Shown here: positions 52,133 to 64,000 of the stretch, one piece after another | Layout of the letters: each line of letters begins with the position of its first letter | Numbering within the stretch: the first letter of the stretch is position 1 | From: Hypanus sabinus | Taxonomy: Eukaryota | Reading direction: 5' to 3' | Assembly: GCF_030144855.1 (NCBI RefSeq) | Contig: NC_082720.1 | Location: forward strand, 66,092,001 to 66,156,000 | DNA: 64,000 nucleotides | Made by a program: the position numbers and the translations under genes | Notes under the pieces: model-generated | What the model was told of the DNA's origin: nothing | Databases searched by the model: none | Seen by the model: only the letters and a program-made list of their open reading frames with translations

Positions 52133-52237
52133 CTGATCTCTTTTGAAATCTGATAACAGCATAATGAATTTCATTTTGGTATGGTTCTGAGTCTGAGGTT
52201 TTCTGATAATCTTCAGGTTGCCTTTGATTTTCATTGA
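52133..52237 (-). CDS. Cytoplasmic ITIM exon VNENQRQPEDYQKTSDSEPYQNEIHYAVIRFQKRS
   Basis: ttcctcttcacAG / TCAG|GTAATT; 105 nt, phase 1-1; motif IHYAVI. Confidence 0.85.
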
Positions 52238-52403
52238 CTGTGAAGAGGAATAGAAACATAGAATCATAGAGCACTATAGAAACAACACCTTGATCCATTT
52301 AGACAGTGCCAAACTATTATTTTGCCTAGTCCCATTGACCTGCACATGGACCAAAGTCCTCTATATCTTCTGAGGTTAGAGATGAAATCAGATTCACATC
52401 AGC

Positions 52404-54530
52404 TATATAACCATATAACCATATAACAATCACAGCACGGAAACAGGCCAGCTTGGCCCTCCTAGTCCATGCCGAACCCTTAATCTCACCTAGTCCCACC
52501 TACCCGAACTCAGCCCATAACCCTCCACTCCTTTCCTGTCCATATACCTATCCAATTTTACCTTAAATGACACAACTGAACTGGCCTCTACTACTTCTAC
52601 AGGAAGCTCATTCCACACAGCTATCACTCTTTGAGTAAAGAAATACCCCCTCGTGTTTCCCTTAAACTTCTGCCCCCTAACTCTCAAATCATGTCCTCTA
52701 GTTTGAATCTCCCCTACTCTCAATGGAAACAGCCTGTTCACGTCAACTCTATCTATCCCTCTCAAAATTTTAAATACCTCGATCAAATCCCCCCTCAACC
52801 TTCTACGCTCCAATGAATAGAGACCTAACTTGTTCAACCTTTCTCTGTAATTTAATTGCTGAAACCCAGGTAACATCCTAGTAAATCGTCTCTGCACTCT
52901 CTCTAATTTATTGATATCTTTCCTATAATTCGGTGACCAGAACTGCACACAATATTCCAAATTTGGCCTTACCAATGCCTTGTACAACTTTAGCATTACA
53001 TCCCAACTTCTGTACTCAATGCTTTGATTTATAAAGGCCAGCATTCCAAAAGCCCTCTTCACCACCCTATCTACATGAGATTCCACTTTCAGTGAACTAT
53101 GCACAGTTATTCCTAGATCTCTCTGTTCCTCTGCATTCCTCAATGCCCTACCATTTACACTGTATGTTCTATTTGGATTATTGCTGCCAAAATGTAGAAC
53201 CTCACACTTCTCAGCATTAAACTCCATCTGCCAACGTTCAGCCCATTCTTCTAACCGGCATAAATCTCCCTGCAAGCTTTGAAAATCCACCTCATTATCC
53301 ACAACACCTCCTACCTTAGTATCATCGGCATACTTACTAATCCAATTTACCACCCCATCATCCAGATCATTTATGTATATTACAAACAACATCGGGCCCA
53401 AAACAGATCCCTGAGGCACCCCGCTAGTCACCGGCCTCCATCCCGATAAACAATTATCCACCACTACTCTCTGGCATCTCCCATCTAGCCACTGTTGAAT
53501 CCATTTTATTACTCCAGCATTAATACCTAACAACTGAACCTTCTTAACTAACCTTCCATGTGGAACTTTGTCAAAGGCTTTGCTGAAGTCCATATAGACT
53601 ACATCCACTGCCTTACCCTCATCAACATTCCTCGTAACTTCTTCAAAAAATTCAATAAGCTTTGTCAAACATGACCTTCCACGCACAAATCCATGCTGGC
53701 TGCTTCTAATCAGATCCCGTCTATCCAGATAATTATAAATACTATCTCTAAGAATACATTCCATTAATTTACCCACCACTGATGTCAAACTGGCAGGTCT
53801 ATAATTGCTAGGCTTCCTTCTAGAACCCTTTTTAAACAATGGAACCACATGAGCAATACGCCAATCCTCCGGCACAATCCCCGTTTCAAATGACATATTA
53901 AAGATCTCATTCAGACCTCCTGCTATTTCTACACAAACTTCCCTCAAGGTCCTGGGGAATATCCTGTCAGGACCCGGAGATTTATCCACTTTTAAATTTC
54001 TTAAAAGCGCCAGTACCTCTACCTCTTTAATTGTCATAGGATCCATAACTTCCTTACTTGTTTCCCACACCTTAGACAATTCAATATCCTTCTCCTTAGT
54101 GAATGCCGAAGAGAAGAAATCATTCAAAATCTCTCCCATCTCCTTCAGTTCCACACATAGCTGACCACTCTGATTCTCTAAGGGGCCAATTTTATCCCTC
54201 ACTATCCTCTTGCTTTTAATATAACTGTAGAAACCTTTCGGATTTACTTTCACCTTATTTGCCAAACCAACCTCGTATCTTCTTTTAGCTTTTCTAATCT
54301 CTTTCTTAAGATTCCTTTTACATTCTTTATATTCCTCGAGCAATTCCTTTACTCCATGCTGCCTATATCTATTGTAGACATCCCTCTTTTTCTGAACCAA
54401 ATTTCTAATATCCCTTGAAAACCATGGTGCTCTCAAACCTTTAAACTTTCCTTTCACCCTAACAGGAACATAAAGATTCTGTACCCTCATAATTTCACCC
54501 TTAAATGACCTCCATTTCTCTATTACATCC
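52404..54530 (-). mobile_element. Young 5'-truncated CR1 LINE in the intron of the - strand gene
   Basis: (atataacc)n tail at about 52404-52427, 3' UTR, uninterrupted ORF. Confidence 0.95.
52490..54490 (-). CDS. CR1 ORF2 fragment (RT domain open for 666 codons; endonuclease absent by 5' truncation)
   Basis: YMDFSKAFDKVP, PQGSVLGP, KYADD, WQMEFNAEKCEV. Confidence 0.92.
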   Translation of the reverse strand: MRVQNLYVPVRVKGKFKGLRAPWFSRDIRNLVQKKRDVYNRYRQHGVKELLEEYKECKRNLKKEIRKAKRRYEVGLANKVKVNPKGFYSYIKSKRIVRDKIGPLENQSGQLCVELKEMGEILNDFFSSAFTKEKDIELSKVWETSKEVMDPMTIKEVEVLALLRNLKVDKSPGPDRIFPRTLREVCVEIAGGLNEIFNMSFETGIVPEDWRIAHVVPLFKKGSRRKPSNYRPASLTSVVGKLMECILRDSIYNYLDRRDLIRSSQHGFVRGRSCLTKLIEFFEEVTRNVDEGKAVDVVYMDFSKAFDKVPHGRLVKKVQLLGINAGVIKWIQQWLDGRCQRVVVDNCLSGWRPVTSGVPQGSVLGPMLFVIYINDLDDGVVNWISKYADDTKVGGVVDNEVDFQSLQGDLCRLEEWAERWQMEFNAEKCEVLHFGSNNPNRTYSVNGRALRNAEEQRDLGITVHSSLKVESHVDRVVKRAFGMLAFINQSIEYRSWDVMLKLYKALVRPNLEYCVQFWSPNYRKDINKLERVQRRFTRMLPGFQQLNYRERLNKLGLYSLERRRLRGDLIEVFKILRGIDRVDVNRLFPLRVGEIQTRGHDLRVRGQKFKGNTRGYFFTQRVIAVWNELPVEVVEASSVVSFKVKLDRYMDRKGVEGYGLSSGRWD

Positions 54531-54544
54531 TTTTTTTATTACAT

Positions 54545-56130
54545 CCATCTATGGCAAGATTTGCAACCTAACATCATGAATGGCTGTGCTGCTGCACCTC
54601 CAGTTGAGCTCAATGCCTTTAATGCACTCTTTGAAATGGAGAATTAAACCAGATCTATGTGAAACCCTGCTGCATCTGCTGACACTGGAATCTCTGGCTC
54701 AGAGGGTGATGCCAGAATATCTTTCAAGAGGATGAAGGCCTATAGCACTGACAGTATACCTAATAGGGCTCTGAAAACCTGTGATAACCAACTGGCAGAA
54801 GTGTTCAAGGACTTCTTCTTCAATCTCTCACTGCTGCGTTTGGAGTTTCCCACCTGCTTTAAACTGGTGACAAACATACCAGTGCCCAACAAGAGCAGGA
54901 TGAGCTGCTATAATGCCTATCATCCAGTGGTACTCACATCTACTACAGTCAAGTGTTTCGTGAAGTTGGTCATGACTAGATTAAATTTCTGCCTCAGCAC
55001 ATACCTGGACCTGCTGCAATCTGCCTGCAGTAGATGCAATCTCACTGGCTCTGCACTTGCCCTTGAAGCACCTGGACATTAGTAATATTTACCTCTCACT
55101 GCATTTGGATCCTTGACTTCCTCACCAGGAGATCACAGTCTGTGTGGATCAGAAATAATATCTTCTCCCCGCTGATAATCAACATCAGCACTCTTCAAGG
55201 ATGTGTGCTTAGCCTAATGCTCTACTCTCTCTACACCCATGATTGTGTGGATGGGCACAGCCCAAACACCATCTATTAATTTGCTGATGCCACAAATATT
55301 GTTGGCAGAATTTCAGATGGTGACGAGGAAGCATAGAGGAGCAAGTTAGATCAGCTGGTTGAGTGGTGTTGCAGCAACAACATTGCATTCAGCAAAAGAA
55401 AGACCAAATAACTGATTGTGGACTTCAGGAAAGGTAAGGTGAAGGAACACACACCAGTCCTCACCGAGGGATCAGAAGTTGAAAGGGTGAGCAGTTTCAA
55501 ATTCCTGTATAGCAAAATCTCTGAGGATCTATCCTGGACCCAACATAATGATGCAACTACAAAGAAGGTAAGACAGTGCTATATTTCATTTTGAGTTTGA
55601 GGAGAATTTTGTATGTCACCAAAGACACTTGCACATTTCTACAAATGCACCATGGAGAGCATTCTAACTGGTTGCATCACTGTCTGGTATGGGGTCCACT
55701 GCACAAGGTCAGAAACAAGGTGGAGAAAATTGTAAACTCAGTCAGTTTTATCACGGGCACTAGCCTCCTTAGCATCTGGGACACCTTCAAAATGTGATGC
55801 CTCAAAAAGGCAGCATCCATCAATAAGGACCTCCATCACCCAGGACATGTCCTCTTCTCATTGTTACCATCAAGAAGAAGGTACAAGTGCCTGAAGATAC
55901 ACACTCAATATTCAGGACCAGCTTTATCTCCTCTGGCATCAGACTTCTGAATGGACTTTGAACCCATGAACACTTTCTCAGTATTTTTACCCTCTCTTTT
56001 TGCACTTCTTTTTAAATTTATTTTTTATATATTTTTATTGTAATTTCTAATATTCATTACTATGTATTGCAAAGTACTGTTGCTGCAATGCAACAAATTT
56101 CATGACATATGTACTATACATATGTTGGTG
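54545..56130 (+). mobile_element. Degraded Rex1/Babar-type LINE
   Basis: ORF 54732-55082 QLAEVFKDFFFNLSLL..PTCFK..IPVP. Confidence 0.8.
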
Positions 56131-56399
56131 ATATTAAACCTGATTCAGACACCCATCCATGTACTTATCCAAATTTCTTTTCAATGTTGAAATCAAACCT
56201 GCATCCCCCACTTCAGCCAGCAGCTTGTTCCACACTTCCAATATCCTCTGAGTGAAGACATTCCCCCTCATACTCCCTTTAAATATTTCAGCTTTCACCA
56301 TTAACCTATGATCTCTAGCTCTAATCTCACTCAACCTACCTTCAAGAAAAACCTGCTTGCATTTACCTTATTTATACCCCTCATAGTTTTGTATACCTC

Positions 56400-57215
56400 T
56401 GGTGACAGTGACATCGGGCAACGGTGGGAAATATTGTCACATGGTGCGAGCTGAATCATCTGCAGCTTAATGTGAAAAAAGACTAAGGAGCTGTTGGTGG
56501 GCCTGAGGCACCGGTGACCCCTGTTTCCATCCAAGAGGTCAATGTGGTTATGGTGGAGGATTAGAAATACCTGGGGATACAAATGGACAATAAACTGGAC
56601 TGCTCAAAGAACATTGAGGCTGTCTACAAGAAGGGTCAGAGCCGTCTCTATTTCCTGAGGAGACTGAGGTCCTTTAACATCTGCCGGACGATGCTGAGGA
56701 TGGCCTAAGAGGCTGTGGTGGCCAGTGCTATCCGGTTTGCTGTTGTGTGCTGGGGCAGCAGGCTGAGGGTAGCAGACACCAACAGAATCAACAAACTCAT
56801 TCATAAGGCCAGTGAAGTTGTGGGGGTGGAACTGGACTCTCTGACGGTGGTGTCTGACAAGAGGATGCTGTCCAAATTGCATGCCTTCTAGGACAATGAC
56901 TCCCATCCACTCCATAATGTACTGGTTAGGCACAGGAGTACATTCAGCCAGAGACTCATTCCACCAAAATGAAACACTAGGCATTATAGGAAGTCGTTCC
57001 TACCCGTGGCCATCAAACTTCACAACTCCACTCTCGGAGTGTTAGACACCCTGAGCCAATAGGCTGGTCCTGGACTTATTTCCACTTGGCATGATTAACT
57101 TATTAATTAATTATTTATGGTTTTTATATTGCTATATTTCTTTACTATTCTTGGTTGGTGCGGCTGTTACAAACCCAATTTCCCTCGGGATCAATAAAGT
57201 ATGTCTGTCTGTAAA
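56400..57215 (+). mobile_element. Rex1/Babar-type LINE 3' fragment inserted in a CR1 remnant
   Basis: C-terminal RT-associated sequence, aataaagtatgtctgtctgt tail. Confidence 0.75.
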
Positions 57216-57749
57216 TCTCCCCTCATTTTCCTTTGCTCTAGTGAATAAAATCCTAGCCTGTTCAATCCTTCCCTGTAACACTGTTCCTCGACTCCCAGAA
57301 ATATCCTTGTAAATTTTCTCTGAACTCTTATTGATATCTTTTTTATAGATTTTTCTTTCATCAGCTATTGCACATCATGAGTGTTAAGAACCTTCTGTGT
57401 TTCCCCTTTGACAAATTTATCTCACCTACACACAGAAGCAATGGATGAGTGGGGAGTTTAGCCAAGAGTGTGCAGTAGCTTCAGCAGATGAGCAAGAAAA
57501 CTGGATGAATTGATAAGCACAGGTGCACTCCTGGTAAATAACAGTTACTTAAAAGTGTAATCTGCAGAGCAAACAAACTAAAATACAGCAGACGCTGGAA
57601 ATGTGAATATTACTGAAAATTCTCAAATTTCTAATCAGACGGGTAATAATTGTTAGCACCACCTTTCGGATCAATCCCTCTTATTAGAAATGCTGGTGCA
57701 GGTTAAACTGGGACTGCAGTGTTTTGTTTGATCTGTTGTGATAGATGAG

Positions 57750-58630
57750 AGGAAGAAGCAACACACACAAAATGCTAGAGGAACTCAGCAGATCAGGCAA
57801 CATCTATGGAACAGAATAAACACTTTATGTCTCAGGCCGAGATCCTTCTTCAGGAACGGAAGGGGGGAAGATGCCAGAATAAAAATTTGGGAGGCGGAGG
57901 AGGGTATCTAGTAGGTGATGGGTGAAGCCAGGTGGGTGGGAAAGGTAAAGAGCTGGAAGAAATCTGATAGGAGAGAGGAATGGACTGTAGGAGAAAGAGA
58001 AGGAGGAGGGACCCATGGGGAAGCAATAGGCAGGTGAGAAGAATTAAGGGGCCAGAGTGAGGAACTGAAGAAAGGGGGGAAGGGAAAAACCTTTTTTTAC
58101 AGGCAGGAGAAATTGATATTCATGCCATCAGGTTGGAGGCTACCCACACAGATTGTAAGGTTTTTCTCCTCCACCCTGAGGGTGGCCTCATCTTGGCATA
58201 AGAAGAGGCAAAATATTAGAATGGAAATGGGAATCAGAATTGAAATATTTGGCCAGCAGGAAGTTCTACTGTTGGTGGATGGAGTAGAGGTTCTTGATGA
58301 AGTGGTCCCCAAGCTTATAACCAGTCTCACCAGTGTAGAGGAGGCCCCATCAGGAGCACTGTGCACAGGAGTCAACCCCAGCAGATTTGCAGGTGAAATG
58401 TTGTCTCACCTGGAAAGACTGTTAATCTGAGAGGAGGTGAATGGGCAGGTGTAGAACTTTGGGCACTTGCAGGAATAAGTGCTGAGAAGGAGATTAATGG
58501 GAATGAATGTACAGTGAGCGTACAGGGAATGTCCAAGGAGGAGCAATCCATAAAGAAAAAGGAATGGTGGCGGCGGAGGTAAAGATACGTCTGGTCATAG
58601 GAGATGTCCCTTTGGAGATGTCAGAAAGCA
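57750..58630 (-). mobile_element. Penelope-like element 3' fragment
   Basis: Minus strand reads GLLYTGETGYKLGDHF (GIY-YIG remnant) followed by the terminal repeat. Confidence 0.7.
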
Positions 58631-61600
58631 AAGGAAGAGACATTGCATAGATTGAGTCTGGAGGTTACAAAAGAGTGAACACATATTTGACAGCGACTAG
58701 TTTGGAAAATCAATACAGACAGGCAATTTTACAAGGGTAGAAATAAAGTATGTAAGCAAGGAGTGGTTGTTCAGCTTTGGAGGCAATGCATACCAATAAA
58801 TGATTTATCCACTTTCCCTGGGAAAATAAGAGGCTTGTTATCTCCATTGTGAGAGATCGCAGAAGTTCTCAGCTATAGGGGGATTTGGGTGCAGAACTGT
58901 AAAAGCCAATATTCAGGTATTTCATGTAATTACATAAGCTAAAAGATTATTATTTATTGTGAGAGCAATTGTATACCAATGTAGAGAGGCTGTGCTTCAG
59001 TTATACAGGCTATCAGTTAGACAGCATCTGGAGTACCGTGAACAGTACTTGTCTCTATAAACTCAAGAGATTCTACAGATGCTAAAAATCTGGAGCAACA
59101 CACAAAAAATACTGGAGGAAGTCAGCTGGTCAGGCAACCTCTGTGGAGAGAAATAAAGAGCTGACGTTGTGAGCTGAGACCCTTCAACAGATCTCAAAAA
59201 CTATAAACAAGAGAAAATCTGCAGATGCCGAAGGTCTAAAGCAGCTCTCACAAAGTGCTGGAGGAACTCAGCAGGCCAGGCAGCATCTATGGAAAAGAGT
59301 AAACAGCTGACATGTTGGGCCGCGACCCTTCATCCGGACTGGAAAGAAGGAGTAAGAGGGTAGGGTGAGGAGAGGAAAGAAGAGAAAGGTGGGAGAGGGG
59401 GAGGGGTGAAGTAGAGCTGGGAAGTTGAGTGGTGGAAGAGATCAAGGATTGGAGAAGGGGGAATTGGATAGCAGAGAATAGAAGATCATGAATGAAGGGT
59501 CATGGCCCAAAACTTCAACTGTTTACTCTTTTCCACGGATGCTGCCTGGTCTGCTGAGTTCCTCCAACATTTTGTGTGTGTTGCCTCAATACCTACAAAA
59601 GGACTTTACAAACAGAGTAGCAATTCAGTGAAGTGCACCAGAATAATAGCTGGAATGGGCAAGCAGCTGAATGAATGAAAAATAGATAAGCTGCGTTTAT
59701 ATCTGCAGGGAGGTAAAAGATTGAAAGGGGGCAAAATTAAAACATGCAATATCCAGTGAGTTCTTGACTGACTGACTGATTACCCCACCTAGTGGGGTAA
59801 TCTACAACTAGGAATTTTAAAATAAGCTGTTACCCATTTAAGACAGAGATAAAGTGAATTTCTGTTTCAGAAGTTCCTAAGTCTTTTACTGTATCTTTCC
59901 TGAAAGGTTAGAGGAAGCGGACCCTGAGATGACTTCCAAGGCTGATGTGGATAGGTAAATGATAAGTGGATGTATAATGTTACTTTGTGTAGTCAGGGAT
60001 GTGGGATTGCAAATATATTCAGAACAGACACAATTTTATTAAACTACAGCGTAGGCTTAAAACTTGAGTGACCAATTCTTGCACCTTATTCTTATGTTTC
60101 TAGATGCACAGAAGTCTGCATATTCATACAAATAAGGCTTTACTTAATGTGTAAATGTACATAGCAATGATAGTAGAGATAGGATGCCATGGCAGTGTAC
60201 ACTTTACAATTTCAGCTGTAAGATCACGGTTCAATTCTAGCCGCTGTCTGTAAGAAGTTTGTTCATTCTCCACGTGACCACATGAGCTTTCTCCGGCTAC
60301 TCCAGATTCCAAAGTTGTACGGTTAGTGTTAGTAAGTTGTGGGCATGCTACGTTTACACCGGAAAAGTGACAGCACTGGAGGACTGCTCGGCACATTCAT
60401 TGCTAATTTGATTTAACACAATCACATTTCACTGCATGCTTTGATCAACATGTGACAAATAATGCTAAACCTTGTATTTAATGTTAAATGCATTATTAAA
60501 TAAAATGACTAATGGTGCATATACAAAAACTTTACCTGCATCTTGGAAGACATGTGAGGGCAGACAGGGGTGATAAATCTGATTGCATTCTTTGAGAAAG
60601 TGATGAGTGCAATACATCTGTATTGGCCTTTCAAAACATTCCTAATAAAGTGCAATATAACAACCCACAAGACAAAAGAGGGTAGTGATACCGGACATGT
60701 GAAATTAAAATATTCATAGCACCAAAACTGCCTCTTGCATCATTTCCTGAGCTGAACAATAATTACAGTGATTATTCTCTTTCTCCACTCACAAAATGGT
60801 GGGATTGGAGAAAAATCACAGCATTAAATAAAGTAGTTCTGCAAATTCCAGCTGCTCTAGTGATAATAAACTTGATTCTAATTTTGATTATTTTCTTAAA
60901 TGTAACCCAAAATGAAGCTTGGGAATGTGTATCTGGTTCTACAATAGTGCATTCTCTATCCAAAGATTTCTTTGCTTTTTTCTGCCTTCTTTACACTAGA
61001 TCAGGAGTGTTAGTTTTTAGTCTGATTTCCATTTCTGTAAACGGGTGATGGACAGGAGAGTATTCACTGAGTTCTTCAATTTTTCAGATTCCTTTATTTA
61101 TTGTAACATATGATGAAATATGCTATTTGCATAAACAACCAACACAACCTAGGGATGTGCTGAGACAGTCTGTATGTGCTGCCGCACATTCTGACATCAA
61201 CATGAAGTTAGCTATTTAAAGTCTGTCCCGAGGCTCATCATAGGCTCATCAGGCCGGTGCTTATGCTGGTTTCCGTGGCGTGAAGTGACTGAGAGTACAA
61301 GACTTCCCCCCCCCCCCACCCAAGATAGGACACTGAAGTTAACCCCCAGCATTTTGCCGGTACCCATTTTCAGCTGGATGGACTGGAGCAATGTGTGGTT
61401 AAGTGCTTTGCTCAAGAGCACAACATGCTGCCTCAGTTTTTGCTCGAATTCACGACCTTCAGATTGCTAGTCCAACATCTTAACCACTTGGCCATGCACC
61501 ACACAACATCAACATAGCCTGCCCAAAGTGTTCAGATGAGAAAACACAAGCAACAGTAGAAAAACACCTAAACAAGTTTCTTTCCTTCCTCCTACCCACC

Positions 61601-62052
61601 CACTCACTCAGAGACAGAGACAGTCCTCCAATCCCAGGATAGGGCAGCTCCAGGCTTCCAGCTTCCAGTGAACTTGTTGATTTACATTATTTTATACATA
61701 TTTTGCTACTCATTGAGTATGAAGGCTGCTGGTTAAATATCTCATCAAGGACAATTTTTTGCAATTTAAACCTATCGAGACCAATCCTTCACTGTAGGGG
61801 TCATGCATCTGATTTCAATCAGCATTGCGTTCTGTGTTGTGTGTTCATTATGTGTATTATGGTAACTGATCCCATCAGTGGGCTAGTGTGGTAAAAGTGA
61901 AGGGAATAAGTAATGTATTTGTGCTTTGTTCTGGGTATTTTGGGGCTGGGGAAAGATGGATGTCATAGCTTTTCTTGATCACTTTGTTACAGCTTAATTT
62001 ATGCCTAGTACAGTTAATTGCATCACTTCAAGATTGTATGTTTTGCTATCTG

Positions 62053-62219
62053 CTAATAAAAGATCCGATACAATTCTTTGACTTTTAGAACATCAATATT
62101 GGAGTGACTTGACGGCACTACATGCAAATATAGCAATCTGTGGGGCCGCCAGCAGCGGCACTGGGTTGTTAGACTAGCCGCTACATGTCTAGTCCCACCT
62201 TCTCCCTTGTCCCCTTTAA
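62053..62219 (-). CDS. Candidate alternative terminal exon VKGDKGEGGTRHV...RLLYLHV...ELYRIFY*
   Basis: Acceptor ctcaaAG after an 83-nt intron homologous to the 84-nt intron at 52049-52132; frame open 54 codons to TAG; not similar to the other tails. Confidence 0.35.
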
Positions 62220-62302
62220 CTTTGAGCAAATTGATGTAATTAAATGTTGGGGTTACTGAGGGAAACTGATCAAAACACTATTCAATATAAGTAGCAAATT
62301 AC

Positions 62303-62389
62303 CTGGTCGGTTTTGAAAACTGACAGCAGCATATTCAATTTCTGCAGTGCATGGTTTCCTTTGAACTGGTTCCCTTTGAACGTTCTCAA
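62303..62389 (-). CDS. Cytoplasmic ITIM exon VENVQREPVQRKPCTAEIEYAAVSFQNRP
   Basis: ttaactcaccttcacAG / CCAG|GTAATT; 87 nt, phase 1-1; motif IEYAAV; paralogue of 52133-52237. Confidence 0.83.
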
Positions 62390-64000
62390 CTGTGAAGGTG
62401 AGTTAAAGCAGTTTAGTACTTGAATAACTATTGAAGAAACCTATCATGCTTTTTCCTCAGCTGCAATTTCACATTAAGAGCATTAGGAAGCATGAATTTC
62501 TGCCACATTATTTTGCTAAAGTATTTATCCTGTGAGTGATTTATCTCATGTAGAAATGGATGAGCAGGGAGTTTAGATAAGTGTCTGAAGTAGCTTCAGC
62601 AGAAGAGTCAGAAATTGAGGCGAGAAGCACAACCACATTTTTGACAGTAGTGAGACTGTGATAGAGGTAGTGGCAAGCTATCTTACAGAGGTGGAATATG
62701 CAAGCAAGAAGCAGCTGTTCAGCCTTGGAGGTTACATATACCAATAAAGGTGAAGCTGTCAACACATTTTGGCAGAAAAGAAATAATAAAAAGGAGTATG
62801 TTATCCCCATGGTGAGAGATTGCAGAGGTTTTCAGCTACAGGTGGATCTGAGTGTTATTGTGCATAATTTGTAAATGCTAATATGCAGATAGAGTCTTAG
62901 AGTCATCCAGCATTGAACAGACCTTTTGGCTCAACTTGTCCATGTTGACCAAATTGCCTACCTGAGCTAGTCCCATTGGCCCTTATCCCCCCAAATCTTT
63001 TATGTATCTACCTAAGTGTCTTTTGAACATTGTATCTACTGCTACCACCTCCTCTGGCGGCTCATTCGATTATATCCACCGTTTTGTGTGCAAAACTTCT
63101 CCCTCAGATCATCTTTGAATTTCTCCCATCTCCCCTTGAGTTTATGCCCTCTAGTTTAAAACTCTCCTACACTAGGACCATATCTATGTCCCTACTGATT
63201 TTATATTTCTCTATAAGGTCAGATATAGCATTAATTAGGAAAACTAAAACTTGTTATTAATTATTTTGAAGGGAATCGATATAAACAAAGGAACACTGTG
63301 ATTAAGTACAGTGCATTGATTATACCCCATTTTTAGTATTATGTAAAATATTGCCCCATTATTTATCAAAAGATATAGTATTACTATGTGGAAAGCAATT
63401 CCAACTGACTGGAATATCTTACACATAAAGATCAGAAAGGTGAGGCTTATATCTGCAAGGGAGTGAAAAAATAAAAGGGGCATCATTAAAACATACAACA
63501 CCCAGTCAGGTCTCAATATCTTACGATAGTGGTTCACCTAGTGGGGTAACCAAGAAATACGGGTCACTGGTAAAACATGTTGTAAGGTCAGTCATTTAAG
63601 ATGAGATAAGAAGAAATTCATTTGACTCACATTGTCTTGAGTGTTTGGTTGCAGGTTTGAAGTTGCAATCAGAGCTCACACAATTTTATTAAACAGCAGA
63701 GCAGGCTTCAGGGGCTGAATTGTCAACTCTTGCTCCTAGTTATGTTTCCAAATTGATAACTCAATAAACGTGTATTGATGTAGACATAGAAATGTGGAAG
63801 TGGTGATTTCAGGTTTAATTCCAATGTTTTGGAGAAATTTGGGTAAGTACATGGATGGGACAGATATAGCGTATTTAGCCCATTTAGACTGTTCAGCGCA
63901 GACAAAATAAGGCAAAAGGCTTCTTTCTGTGCAGTAGTGCTCGTCAACTCTATGTGGCTTTGTAAGGTTCAACTTAAAGAGCTGGATGCTGTAACTATGC

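Noticed and set aside
60530-60700. Hydrophobic minus-strand frame (SLPSFVLWVVILHF) as a TM exon of the - gene
   Set aside because: It is the antisense reading of a degraded CR1 RT segment.
1-64000. Prokaryotic-type systems (CRISPR arrays, operons, rRNA or tRNA genes)
   Set aside because: No regularly spaced repeat-spacer arrays or structural RNA genes seen; the sequence is intron-containing vertebrate DNA. tRNA-like boxes belong to SINEs.

Overview
Repeat-rich vertebrate genomic DNA, not prokaryotic. The CR1, Rex1/Babar, Penelope, Tc1, hAT and SINE content suggests a cartilaginous fish, probably a batoid (inference). Most long ORFs in the track are retroelement fragments. Reading splice sites by hand reveals a small cluster of immune-type receptor genes that the ORF track misses. 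(1) A + strand gene (21032-46616) has a signal-peptide exon and five phase-1 Ig exons in a CD4/LAG-3-like order: Cys-less V, C2, V, C2 with WxC, Cys-less V. Its short cytoplasmic exons encode two canonical ITIMs (IHYGSI, VIYAQI). Three Ig exons are frameshifted and I find no C2 partner for D5 or TM exon, so it is a pseudogene or is mis-assembled. (2) A convergent paralogous tail lies on the - strand (51825-52237) with matching phases and an identical 44-nt exon; its distal ITIM has Tyr changed to Phe. (3) A third ITIM exon at 62303-62389 (-) arose by duplication of exon plus intron. Further degenerate pieces lie at about 312-1268 and 11.8-18.2 kb. Notable mobile elements are a Tc1 with a nested CR1, a hAT/Charlie element with a perfect 8-bp TSD, a solo LTR, a young CR1 with a 666-codon open ORF2 fragment, and Penelope repeats carrying degenerate hammerhead-like motifs. 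All family assignments come from remembered motifs; no searches were run. Repeat boundaries are approximate unless TIRs or TSDs are quoted.
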